Of a stretch of DNA of 58,118 nucleotides, positions 16,247-24,651 are shown piece after piece. The translations under genes were made by a program, and so were the position numbers. This DNA comes from a virus (Duplodnaviria; Caudoviricetes). A model generated the notes under the pieces. The model did not search any database, was not told the DNA's origin, and saw only the letters and a program-made list of their open reading frames with translations. The stretch spans positions 1 to 58,118 of the IMG/VR virus record IMGVR_UViG_3300023272_000003. The stretch is one strand, 5' to 3'. The stretch's first letter is position 1. Every line of letters starts with the position of its first letter.

Positions 16247-16737
16247 TGGCCGACCTGCCGCGAGAACGCCAGCAGGACGCTCACCACGACGCCCAGGACC
16301 GCGAAGGCACTGACGGCGATACCCCAGAGGGAGGAGGCCCCCACGCCCCTTCCCTCTGTTTTGTCCATGCGGGACGAATGGGTCTGGAGAGTGTCCTTGA
16401 CGGCATCAAACTCTGATTTCGTGGCAAAGTTCTTCTCCCGGTCGTACATGGCAGCACGCCACTCGTTGTTCGCCTCCCGCCAACGCTCGATTTCTACAGC
16501 GCTCTTGTCAATGGCTTTCTCGCTCGACTTCAGGGCCGCCTCTACGGCCTTCTCTGCCGCCTGGAGCTGCGAGTGGTGCAGTACTGCCATGTCGGCAATC
16601 CGCTGCTCAAACAGGCGCTCAAGGGCCTCTATGCGGAGGATAAACTGTTTCTCAAGTTCCGCCACGACACGGCGGGTATAGACGTGTTCCGTCTGGGGAG
16701 TCCACCCCGCGAGGTGTTCCGGCAATTCATCTGGCAT
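16243..16737 (-). CDS. coiled-coil protein with C-terminal TM (lysis-cassette type)
   Basis: Long heptad region then LWGIAVSAFAVLGVVVSVLL. Confidence 0.7.
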   Translation of the reverse strand: MPDELPEHLAGWTPQTEHVYTRRVVAELEKQFILRIEALERLFEQRIADMAVLHHSQLQAAEKAVEAALKSSEKAIDKSAVEIERWREANNEWRAAMYDREKNFATKSEFDAVKDTLQTHSSRMDKTEGRGVGASSLWGIAVSAFAVLGVVVSVLLAFSRQVGH

Positions 16738-16900
16738 GGTGTTCCCCTACGTAAACAAACTGTTGAGGTCTGAGGTGCAACTCCAGATGGTCCCGTACGT
16801 TGAGCGTCTTTCCAAACCATGTGGCTGCCATCATCAGGCACAGAAGACATAGGAGAAAAAGGGCCAAGAAAAGACCATTGTAACTCTCTTTAGCGTTCAT
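16727..16900 (-). CDS. small membrane protein
   Basis: GLFLALFLLCLLCLMMAA; AGGAG RBS. Confidence 0.5.
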   Translation of the reverse strand: MNAKESYNGLFLALFLLCLLCLMMAATWFGKTLNVRDHLELHLRPQQFVYVGEHHAR

Positions 16901-17408
16901 CAGGTCTCCTATTACGCCGGAACTCATCCACGGCATTTTCCAGACGATCAGCGGTCTTGCTGAGACTATCGGCAGCGACTTTCTGCCTCGCGATTTCGAT
17001 CTGTGACTGTTCCACCGTCTGACCGAGCTCCTTGTTGCTCGTTATGGCGGCATCGACCTTTTTATCAATCCCATGCACGTACTGCGTGAGGTGGTCGATG
17101 CGGGCGTTCATCAGCGCCTGATAAGCGATGTTCTGCTCGTGCCACTGGGTACGCTCTGTCCGCTGGTCCCACTCGAATTTCGCGAAGGGGATCACCAACA
17201 CGGACAGAATCAGGGTAGCAACCTGCCACGTGTTGCCGCGAAACCACTTCTCGATAGAGCGATTGGCCTGCTGCAATGCCGTGAGGGGCCGACGCCTGCC
17301 GTGTGGGTGATCCTCTGGCTCTTCTTCTTCAGGCTCTTGCGGCTCTTCGTCATCCCGCTCCTCATCCGGTTCCGTCGGCTCCTCTTCGGCACGATGATGG
17401 TTGGTCAT
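16890..17408 (-). CDS. TM plus coiled-coil protein (holin/spanin-like)
   Basis: Acidic N-terminus, single TM, coiled coil. Confidence 0.65.
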   Translation of the reverse strand: MTNHHRAEEEPTEPDEERDDEEPQEPEEEEPEDHPHGRRRPLTALQQANRSIEKWFRGNTWQVATLILSVLVIPFAKFEWDQRTERTQWHEQNIAYQALMNARIDHLTQYVHGIDKKVDAAITSNKELGQTVEQSQIEIARQKVAADSLSKTADRLENAVDEFRRNRRPDER

Positions 17409-17647
17409 TTCGGCACCTGTCCTTTCTCGTCGCGGAGTAAGGGAATCAATGTCTCTAACTTGGCTTCAATGCGCCCTGATGCAATCAAGGTCGCCTGCTG
17501 GCTGCTCTGGATGTCCTTGCACATCTTTTCGGTGCGGTCGTTCTGGAGGCTGTTATTCAGGCACCAGAGGCAGAAAAACAACACAATGAGGATAACCTGC
17601 GAACGCGTGACAGGTTGCTTTCCCCAACTGGCGGAACCCTGTGTCAA
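17405..17647 (-). CDS. TM plus short coiled-coil protein
   Basis: VILIVLFFCLW; GGGAG RBS. Confidence 0.55.
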   Translation of the reverse strand: MTQGSASWGKQPVTRSQVILIVLFFCLWCLNNSLQNDRTEKMCKDIQSSQQATLIASGRIEAKLETLIPLLRDEKGQVPK

Positions 17648-17781
17648 AATACTTCTCCCGCCGTCGGGAGGAATCCGGGCTATCTGCCGCGAACACCCTG
17701 CCCGGACAGCTCGCTACTAACGATAGCTGGCCTGTCTGCCGGGGAAGGCGCTTTGATCGCTAACCCCGGCACTGAATCACC

Positions 17782-17810
17782 AGGGGCCGGGACAGATTGT
17801 CCCGGCCCCT
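17782..17810. terminator. 13-bp GC-rich hairpin
   Basis: AGGGGCCGGGACA-GAT-TGTCCCGGCCCCT. Confidence 0.6.
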
Positions 17811-17866
17811 CCCTTTGCGTCACGAAACTATTTTCAAAATTCCCTCCTGTTTGGCCTCATCTACTG

Positions 17867-17895
17867 TTGACATTATAGCGGCTATAGTGTACAAT
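17867..17895 (+). promoter_or_regulatory. consensus sigma70 promoter E with palindromic operator
   Basis: TTGACA-17-TACAAT; TATAGC-G-GCTATA in spacer. Confidence 0.85.
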
Positions 17896-17953
17896 AAGGG
17901 TGTAAGATCCAATAAGGAACTTACTCATCTACCCGACAGGAGAAGAGACGAAA

Positions 17954-18241
17954 ATGATTATCACCATCTGCGAATTCAAGGGCAACTTTCTCGGCAACAG
18001 CGACGGCGAGGGTATTGATCTGGAGAAGTCCATTGCGAACTATCAGACACAGGTAGAGGCCCGGATTGAGCGCATAGAACCGGGGACGTCTGTAGCGTGG
18101 GACTTCCGCAACGGTGAGGGCGATCCTGACCGATATTTTTCCGCCGAGGGTTTTGACGACGAAGACAGCATTCAGGGCGACGTCAACCATATCCGGGAGC
18201 AGGTTTTTGCGGAGGGCACCTTCTGGGCGTTCACGAACTAG
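17954..18241 (+). CDS. acidic hypothetical protein (moron cargo)
   Basis: AGGAG RBS after promoter E; opposite to late genes. Confidence 0.75.
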   Translation: MIITICEFKGNFLGNSDGEGIDLEKSIANYQTQVEARIERIEPGTSVAWDFRNGEGDPDRYFSAEGFDDEDSIQGDVNHIREQVFAEGTFWAFTN

Positions 18242-18244
18242 CCC

Positions 18245-18286
18245 AAAAGAAACAGGGCGCAGAGTGGTCGAATCACTCTGCGCCCT
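18245..18286 (-). terminator. intrinsic terminator
   Basis: AGGGCGCAGAGTG-7nt-CACTCTGCGCCCT with minus-strand GTTTCTTTT tail. Confidence 0.7.
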
Positions 18287-18367
18287 CCCCGACAGGGGTA
18301 AAGCATTGTACCACCACAGGCTTACCGGATGCCCGTTCCCGGCACATTTTTACCAGAGAGGCAAGGC

Positions 18368-18589
18368 ATGACGAACCCACAGACCCTAAGCGACGTTATG
18401 CGCGAACTCGCGCAACGCTCTACGCCCGAAACTCGCGCGGCCCGAAGTCAGAATGCCGCCACGGCACGTGCCGCCCGGAAGCCACCGAAGCCATGCACGT
18501 GCGGACAATCGCCCCACGTCAGCAGATGTCCTGTCTATTGGCGAGAGCGGCAGGCAGAGCGGCGGCGGAAGTCGGCTAAACCTTCCTAA
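18368..18589 (+). CDS. small basic CCHC protein, paralog 4
   Basis: RAARSQN...KPCTCGQSPHVSRCPVYWRE; GAGAGG RBS. Confidence 0.7.
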   Translation: MTNPQTLSDVMRELAQRSTPETRAARSQNAATARAARKPPKPCTCGQSPHVSRCPVYWRERQAERRRKSAKPS

Positions 18590-19001
18590 CGCGGATTTTC
18601 CGAAGGGGCGGAACCTTCCTGATCGGGATAGTACGCGTCCCCGGAGAACTCCCGGCACCCCACGCGCCGCCCTCCACGACCGCCACGGCAATGCCTGTAA
18701 CGCACTCCGTCAGGGTCGGGTCATAGTAGACATCCAGATGGATAGAGGCATCGATGTAGGCCTCATTTGCCGCCAGGGTGCTACTGAGGTCGTCCATGTA
18801 GGCAGCATCGAAAGTCCACTCTGCTCCCGTGCCGCCCATGTCGGGAGGCGCTTCGACGCTGAACGCTATCTCCATGCAGGCCGATCCGCCTCCACCGCCA
18901 TCCATTTCCGCACCCCACTCTGCTGGTTTGCTCACCGTCAATACCTCCGTCGGGTCGCCGAGTACGAATGTCTCCGCCCGTAGTGTGTCGTGGCCCCGCA
19001 T
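18576..19001 (-). CDS. hypothetical protein
   Basis: AAGGAG RBS. Confidence 0.55.
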   Translation of the reverse strand: MRGHDTLRAETFVLGDPTEVLTVSKPAEWGAEMDGGGGGSACMEIAFSVEAPPDMGGTGAEWTFDAAYMDDLSSTLAANEAYIDASIHLDVYYDPTLTECVTGIAVAVVEGGAWGAGSSPGTRTIPIRKVPPLRKIRVRKV

Positions 19002-19013
19002 GGCGCTCCTTCG

Positions 19014-19031
19014 TGTGCACCATGGTGCACA
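19014..19031. promoter_or_regulatory. perfect 18-bp palindrome
   Basis: TGTGCACCATGGTGCACA, intergenic; related to 51865-51888. Confidence 0.5.
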
Positions 19032-19083
19032 AATTACCTCTTGCCGCTACGCCACCGTACCACGAGAGCGCGCCTGGTGGCTG

Positions 19084-19698
19084 TTAGGAATTGCACAGCA
19101 CCAGCATTGTGCCGGTCGCGATGTCGCCATTTGCGTAGGAGAGCGTCAGTTCGATCAGGTAAGAGCCCCTGGCGGCGAAGGTGTACCCGTTCGTGGCTAC
19201 CACCTGCTGCACCGATGCTCCTATGCTGCTGGTGTCAAGGTTGAGAGACGCCGTGCTCATGTCAGGCAACTGAATGGAGAGACGTGCCCCCGTCGGCTGT
19301 GGGATCGTCAGACCGTCCTGCGCCGTGATGTAGAACAGGATTGGGCCGGTCGATCCAGGCGAAACGATGGTCGGCCCCTCGTAGGCCACCACGTAGACGC
19401 GAGGCGCTGTGCCGCTGGTGCCCGCCGCCGGTAGGCTGATGTCGTCAATAACCCCGTCAGATGCCACAAACGGCCCGTCGTCGCCATTTCCTTCCAGGTA
19501 GAGGAACGCCTCTGTGGTGCTGACGATGACCTGTTCTGTGATTTCGGCGGTGCTACTGCCCACTAGAGAGAAGGGCTGCCCGCTCCATGCGGTGTTCTGG
19601 CCGACGAGGCGATAGACCGGGTAGGTGCCGTAGACCGTGACGGTTTCGGTGGGTGGAGGCCCGCCCCCTGGCTGATTAAATAAAAGAGCGAGAGACAA
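19084..19698 (-). CDS. putative virion/tail-associated protein
   Basis: Beta-rich; end of tail module; GGAGG RBS. Confidence 0.6.
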   Translation of the reverse strand: MSLALLFNQPGGGPPPTETVTVYGTYPVYRLVGQNTAWSGQPFSLVGSSTAEITEQVIVSTTEAFLYLEGNGDDGPFVASDGVIDDISLPAAGTSGTAPRVYVVAYEGPTIVSPGSTGPILFYITAQDGLTIPQPTGARLSIQLPDMSTASLNLDTSSIGASVQQVVATNGYTFAARGSYLIELTLSYANGDIATGTMLVLCNS

Positions 19699-19710
19699 TT
19701 TGCGCCTCCC

Positions 19711-20586
19711 TTACTTGTAGAACAGATTCACGACAACGTCATTGGCAGAAGGCGCAGTGCTATCGGTGTCGCCTACGCCGCCGGTCGCGCAGATGGCAAT
19801 GCCTGTAGCGAAAACCAGACCGATCGGTAGAGTCAGGTTTGCCGCCGCGCCTGCCGGGAGGGGGAGCGTCAGCACGGGGGTATCGGATGCCACCACCGGA
19901 GCCGAAGCCTTATCGTAGAACTTGACATACCGGGCAGACGCTGCGTTGTTCTCCAGGTAGTAGCCGTACAGTTGACCTGCCGACGCCTTGACGGACGCTC
20001 CGGCAACCAACAGGGAGAGATTGCGGTACGGCGAAAGCCCGCCACTTGTAACAGGAGCGAGGCTGACGCTCCCGCTGACGGGCTGCGTGGCTTGCCAGAA
20101 GGTGCCACTCACCGGGAGAGCCGTGCCGCTGCCGTCCACCTTGAGGCCCCCACCCGCACCGAGCGCCGCTGGGAACTTCGCTATGAGGCTGGTAAGGCTC
20201 TGGCAGAGGCGCTTGAGGAACGCCAGGGCAGAGAACGTGCCGGTGTCCGTGCTGGCTACCGCATCCGCTGGTGCGCCTATGCCGGTCGCCGTTGCTGCCG
20301 CGCTGGTATTGCCTGCCCCCACGGAGGTGTTCAACGTCGCTAGAGCGGTGTTGGTCGCCCCGATGCTGGTATTGATCGTGGACAGGCTGCTGTCCTGTGC
20401 CACCCCAGAGAGAGATACCGGCACCGTGCCGTTCACGTTTACCGTCGCTCGTCCGTTGGAATCTACCGCAAGGGTCTGCGTGGGCGTCGTGCCGTCCGAT
20501 ATCAGCATCTTCTGATATTCGATACCACCGATGTCTTTTGATGCGATGTTCACGCCAGTGCCGGGAAGAGTTACATTGTCTGCCAT
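19711..20586 (-). CDS. putative tail fibre/structural protein
   Basis: Gly/Ala/Thr rich; LKVDGSG..PVSG motif. Confidence 0.65.
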   Translation of the reverse strand: MADNVTLPGTGVNIASKDIGGIEYQKMLISDGTTPTQTLAVDSNGRATVNVNGTVPVSLSGVAQDSSLSTINTSIGATNTALATLNTSVGAGNTSAAATATGIGAPADAVASTDTGTFSALAFLKRLCQSLTSLIAKFPAALGAGGGLKVDGSGTALPVSGTFWQATQPVSGSVSLAPVTSGGLSPYRNLSLLVAGASVKASAGQLYGYYLENNAASARYVKFYDKASAPVVASDTPVLTLPLPAGAAANLTLPIGLVFATGIAICATGGVGDTDSTAPSANDVVVNLFYK

Positions 20587-20614
20587 GTGTTGAGAATCCT
20601 ATCCTTTCGCCGGA

Positions 20615-22036
20615 CTATCCGACACCGAGAAGTGAAAGAGAAAAGTGAGTTGTAGGCACGAGCAAGGCTATCAGGTTCGCCCCGATTTTGGTACAGCCTG
20701 CGCTGCTGGGGTGGATACCGTCCGTCGTGTCCCCGGCGGCAGTATAGGTGCCTCCCGGTCCGGTCGAAATGTCGAACAGGTCCACGTTGGCCGGATTGGT
20801 GCAGGCCGCAATCGCCGCAGGGAGTACAGCATTGTAGTTGGGGCGCAGTGTAGAGTTCCCGCCGGTAAAGGGAAGGATCTGGCAAACCCCGATTCGCGTA
20901 GTGGGATAGGCCGCTATCAGGGCGTTTAAGCAGCTTGTATAATTGGCTTGGTAGGTCGCTGTAGAGACGCTTGTCGCGATGTCGTTCACGCCGATCATCA
21001 CAATCAGGCGCTTGAAATAGCTGGTTCCAAGGCCCATGTTGTGCGGAGGCGTCGGAGGCGAATTGGTGAGGTCGTACAGCAGGTTAGCGGTGGTCCAGCT
21101 GTTGTGGCCTGCGTTGACTACCCCGACGTTGTTGGTCTGACCGAACTTGGCAACAAATCCCTGTCGGCTGTCGCCTCCGGTTCCAATATCGCCCTGCGTG
21201 ATGGAATCGCCCCAAAACCCATATTGATCGCGCGCCGCATAGGTGGTCGTGGAGAGCGTGCCGCCCACAAGCATCAGATCCGTGAGCGTAAGCAGGTGCC
21301 CTCCTGCTGTGCCGTTTATGATATGGATTTCGTAATCATGTGTTCCTGATAGCCCCGTTCCGAACGCAAACAGGGATGTTCTGCCGTCGCTTGGAAAAGT
21401 CAAGGTGCTTCCTATGACGGTGGTCCCATCTTGGACCAAAACGCAGCTACCTGCCCCTCCATAAATCCACCCGTAAATAGCAGTCGCATTCGTGGTGAAC
21501 CGCAGCGACATATCTATATTGGTGCCGTCGTAGAATGTGTAGCCGATTCCACTGAACGGAACGAAGCCTCCCTCTCGCCTGGAGTATGTGGGGAATGTGC
21601 CTGAGTTGACGTTATAGATCGTCCCGAAATTGTCAGGTGCGCTCAATACCGGAGTGGTGCCGTCCGTAATCTGTAGCCCATAATCAGTGTCGAGGTAGAA
21701 GGTAGCTCCGGTTACTCCTTGGAGGGTGACATTTGTCCCAACTGGAATATTGGTGGCAATCGTTGTGACCAGCCATGCCCCTGCGCTGGAGAGCGTTGGG
21801 CGCGTCTGCAACACACCATTGAAAAGCACATCAATGGGTTGCGTGCCGGTATTCGAGTAGATTGTTACCTGAAGGGTGTTGGTGCCACTCCCGGCTGTGA
21901 CTTTCGTGTCGATGCGGCTTTTATCACCCTGCAAGAGCGCATAATTATGCACGCCTATGTTGCCCCATGCCCACTTGCCCAAGTATCGAATGGTGGCTCC
22001 CGTTACGTCTGATGTAGGCAATGGGAATGTGGTCAT
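20615..22036 (-). CDS. SGNH/GDSL hydrolase domain protein
   Basis: GDSITQG, IGVND and DGIHPS blocks. Confidence 0.85.
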   Translation of the reverse strand: MTTFPLPTSDVTGATIRYLGKWAWGNIGVHNYALLQGDKSRIDTKVTAGSGTNTLQVTIYSNTGTQPIDVLFNGVLQTRPTLSSAGAWLVTTIATNIPVGTNVTLQGVTGATFYLDTDYGLQITDGTTPVLSAPDNFGTIYNVNSGTFPTYSRREGGFVPFSGIGYTFYDGTNIDMSLRFTTNATAIYGWIYGGAGSCVLVQDGTTVIGSTLTFPSDGRTSLFAFGTGLSGTHDYEIHIINGTAGGHLLTLTDLMLVGGTLSTTTYAARDQYGFWGDSITQGDIGTGGDSRQGFVAKFGQTNNVGVVNAGHNSWTTANLLYDLTNSPPTPPHNMGLGTSYFKRLIVMIGVNDIATSVSTATYQANYTSCLNALIAAYPTTRIGVCQILPFTGGNSTLRPNYNAVLPAAIAACTNPANVDLFDISTGPGGTYTAAGDTTDGIHPSSAGCTKIGANLIALLVPTTHFSLSLLGVG

Positions 22037-22064
22037 TGAAAACCCTTTCGTTATCTGCTAGAAT
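22036..22064 (+). promoter_or_regulatory. promoter of antisense mini-moron
   Basis: TTGAAA-17-TAGAAT with TGn extension. Confidence 0.55.
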
Positions 22065-22095
22065 CTCCACACCAAAACGCATGGAGGCACGCACG

Positions 22096-22275
22096 ATGTT
22101 TGTAAACTTGCTTCGCTGTTTCGCCCGCTGGATGATCCGCAGTAGAATTGCTTCTGCTCTGTTCCGCGAATATCGCTATTGGGACGCTGACCCCTCGCTG
22201 TCGCGTGAAGAGATCCGCCAGGAAGCCGTCCGCCACGAAGAGGCGCTGTTCCGCTCCACATTCGGTCAAACGTGA
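22096..22275 (+). CDS. small hypothetical protein (moron)
   Basis: GGAGG RBS, own promoter, terminator hairpin after stop. Confidence 0.5.
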   Translation: MFVNLLRCFARWMIRSRIASALFREYRYWDADPSLSREEIRQEAVRHEEALFRSTFGQT

Positions 22276-22276
22276 G

Positions 22277-22299
22277 AAAAACCCGCAAGTTGCGGGTTT
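22277..22299. terminator. intrinsic terminator
   Basis: AAAAACCCGCAAGTTGCGGGTTT. Confidence 0.65.
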
Positions 22300-22339
22300 G
22301 GTGAGCGCGGTGTTAGATTTTGGTAGCGAGGCGCGTTGT

Positions 22340-24340
22340 CTACTTAACCTGCAGTTCCATCGTGCCAAACGGTAAAGACGTGGAACCGTTGCCGCCATAG
22401 GCTACAAACCTGAGTAGTACATCCGCCTTCGCGCCTCCCGTAAGCGTCACCCAACTGCCGACTGTAGAGCCTGCCCCATAGAGTACTGCCGCGCCGCTTG
22501 CGCTCCCAACCGTACCATCGAGGTAATTCCATGTCGTGCCGCCGTTGGTGCTGTACTGAGCATCCACCGCCGGGGTAAAACCGATAGGCAGCGCCGCGCC
22601 AGGGAAAGGCCACATGATGACAAGGCGCGCCTGCGTGGCGTTGGTAAGGTCGTGCTGAGACCGGAGTAGGATGGAGGCATTAAACTCCGATGGGCTGGCC
22701 GCCGTGGAGGTCGGGATAGCCCACGACAGCGACCCGCCTCCAGGGGAGACGACCATCGCTTTATTCATCGTGTAGCCGGAGCCACCGCCGCCCGTTGCCG
22801 CTATGGTGATAGTAGTGCCGACAGGCGTCAGGCTGATGCCGGTACCTGCCGCGATGGTCAAGGCCCCTTTGAGGCTGTTGACGGAACTCACCCCGTCGTG
22901 CTGGTGGTCGGCGCGCGCGTACAGGACAGAGGTTCCGACCACCGCCGTAGATCCGACCGGCGTAACGCTGCTGGCTGGGGTGCCGGTGCCGCCAAAATTG
23001 AACGTATTGCCGCTTTGGGAGACGCTACCGGTGAAGGTAAGCGGACCCAAGACCGTACCGCCCGGCCCCGTGATATTGAACACTCCGGGGTGCTGGTGGT
23101 CTTCACGGGCATAGGTCAGGGCTGTTCCGACAGAGCCGGTCATGCCTATATTCGTGACAGTCGTTGCAGGTGCTGGCGGAATGGCAAAGGTGAGCGTGTT
23201 GCCGCTCTGAGAAACGCCTCCCGCCAGCGTCACATCGCCAAAAATGGTTGAAGCAGGCCCGACTATAGAAGACACGGCCCGGTGGGTATGATCTTCGCGG
23301 GCATAGTTGGTAGAACTTCCGACCGCGCCGGTGTCATCGGTCGGAAGAACCGTCGTTGCAGGCGTCCCTGCCCCAGAAACGATCGTCAGCGTGTTACCGA
23401 TCTGGGTAACAGCGCCTCCAATCGTCATATCGCCGAAAATATCACCAGAGGGGCCGATAACCTTGTGGACGCCCTTGTGAGCATGGTCTTCCCGCGCGAA
23501 GTTCGTCGATGTGCCGACCGCGCCCGCGTTGCTGATCTCCGTCACCGTAGAGGCCGGGACACCGCTTCCACCTCCCACGCTCGAAGGGAAGGGCACCGCC
23601 GCGCCACCGCTCCAGACGTAGTTGGTAAGGCTGTCCGAGCGAAACCACTGCAGGCCCTCGAAAGTCGAAGTCGGATCAGCGGTAACGGAAGGATGGTCAA
23701 TCTGTCGATAAGCCGCGCCATCCCACAAGAAGCGCCCAAACGGGGTCTTGTGGATGAGGATAAGATTTGACGGCGGTGAGTCGGTAGGGACGCCAGGATC
23801 TGCCGATGACCGCACCAGACAGCCACCCTCCAGGTAGACCACGCCAGAAGTGTCGATGTTGGTGACGACACCGCCCGATACCATGACCGAACCGAGCAGA
23901 ACGGACAGCGTAGCGGGAGGCGTCGTGCTGGTGAGCGCCAGGAGCGCGCCGTTCTGCTGCAGCCACACCCAGTTACGGAAACCATTCGTCAGTGAGCGAA
24001 CCGTATCGGCTTCCAGCATCACAATGCCGCCAATGATCGCATCGCCCTTCTTGACAAGGACACTCGCGCCGGTACCCGCAACCATCGTCAACTCATTGCC
24101 CAGATTACTCCCGGCCACAATCGCGCAGGCGTTTGCTCCACCGCTACGCGAAATCTTGTCCAGCCGGAGCGCGTGAGGCTGAATAGTCAGTTCACGGAAA
24201 TTCTGCTGCCCCCACGGATCGCTTGAAATCATCTGCTCTGAGACAGGTGCGACAGGCGCAGACTTCGACGCGAGGAGCGACAAAAAACCCGTCGGCTGAG
24301 TAACCGGCGGGCAGGCGGATGCGTTAAGGTTTATGGTCAT
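22340..24340 (-). CDS. tail fibre protein with four AR(E/A)DHxH repeats
   Basis: About 64-aa repeats of G.VG.S..(Y/F)AR.DH.H; Gly/Thr rich. Confidence 0.8.
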   Translation of the reverse strand: MTINLNASACPPVTQPTGFLSLLASKSAPVAPVSEQMISSDPWGQQNFRELTIQPHALRLDKISRSGGANACAIVAGSNLGNELTMVAGTGASVLVKKGDAIIGGIVMLEADTVRSLTNGFRNWVWLQQNGALLALTSTTPPATLSVLLGSVMVSGGVVTNIDTSGVVYLEGGCLVRSSADPGVPTDSPPSNLILIHKTPFGRFLWDGAAYRQIDHPSVTADPTSTFEGLQWFRSDSLTNYVWSGGAAVPFPSSVGGGSGVPASTVTEISNAGAVGTSTNFAREDHAHKGVHKVIGPSGDIFGDMTIGGAVTQIGNTLTIVSGAGTPATTVLPTDDTGAVGSSTNYAREDHTHRAVSSIVGPASTIFGDVTLAGGVSQSGNTLTFAIPPAPATTVTNIGMTGSVGTALTYAREDHQHPGVFNITGPGGTVLGPLTFTGSVSQSGNTFNFGGTGTPASSVTPVGSTAVVGTSVLYARADHQHDGVSSVNSLKGALTIAAGTGISLTPVGTTITIAATGGGGSGYTMNKAMVVSPGGGSLSWAIPTSTAASPSEFNASILLRSQHDLTNATQARLVIMWPFPGAALPIGFTPAVDAQYSTNGGTTWNYLDGTVGSASGAAVLYGAGSTVGSWVTLTGGAKADVLLRFVAYGGNGSTSLPFGTMELQVK

Positions 24341-24345
24341 AGTGT

Positions 24346-24642
24346 TTAGGCTTCTGCGGCCCTACCAGAAGATAGATCCGCGCAGACGCGAAGAAACTTT
24401 AGGGGCGTGTCTACATCGTAGTCTATGCCGCCGTACCTGAGAACAAGGAAACCGTGCTTATTGGACAGTGAGACACCCATAAGCATCACAGACATCAGGG
24501 CATTCCATAAGTCTGCTTTCTGGTAATCATCCAATTCCTCGAAAGAAACAGGCTTAGAGAAATCAGAGGAGATAAAGATACGATTGCCTTCTTGACGCAC
24601 ATTCAGACCTTCCCCTGCGGTAAAAGTCATATCGCCTTGCAT
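24346..24642 (-). CDS. hypothetical tail-module protein
   Basis: AAGGAG RBS; N-terminus resembles fibre repeat. Confidence 0.55.
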   Translation of the reverse strand: MQGDMTFTAGEGLNVRQEGNRIFISSDFSKPVSFEELDDYQKADLWNALMSVMLMGVSLSNKHGFLVLRYGGIDYDVDTPLKFLRVCADLSSGRAAEA

Positions 24643-24651
24643 ATCTTCTCC

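Noticed and set aside
17874-17886. Resemblance of TATAGCGGCTATA to the IncP KorB operator
   Set aside because: Two mismatches, single copy and no KorB/ParB recognised; treated as a cassette operator.
22830-23570. Tandem repeats as a DNA repeat or invertible locus
   Set aside because: Conserved at protein level only within a tail fibre; no invertase or inverted crossover sites seen.
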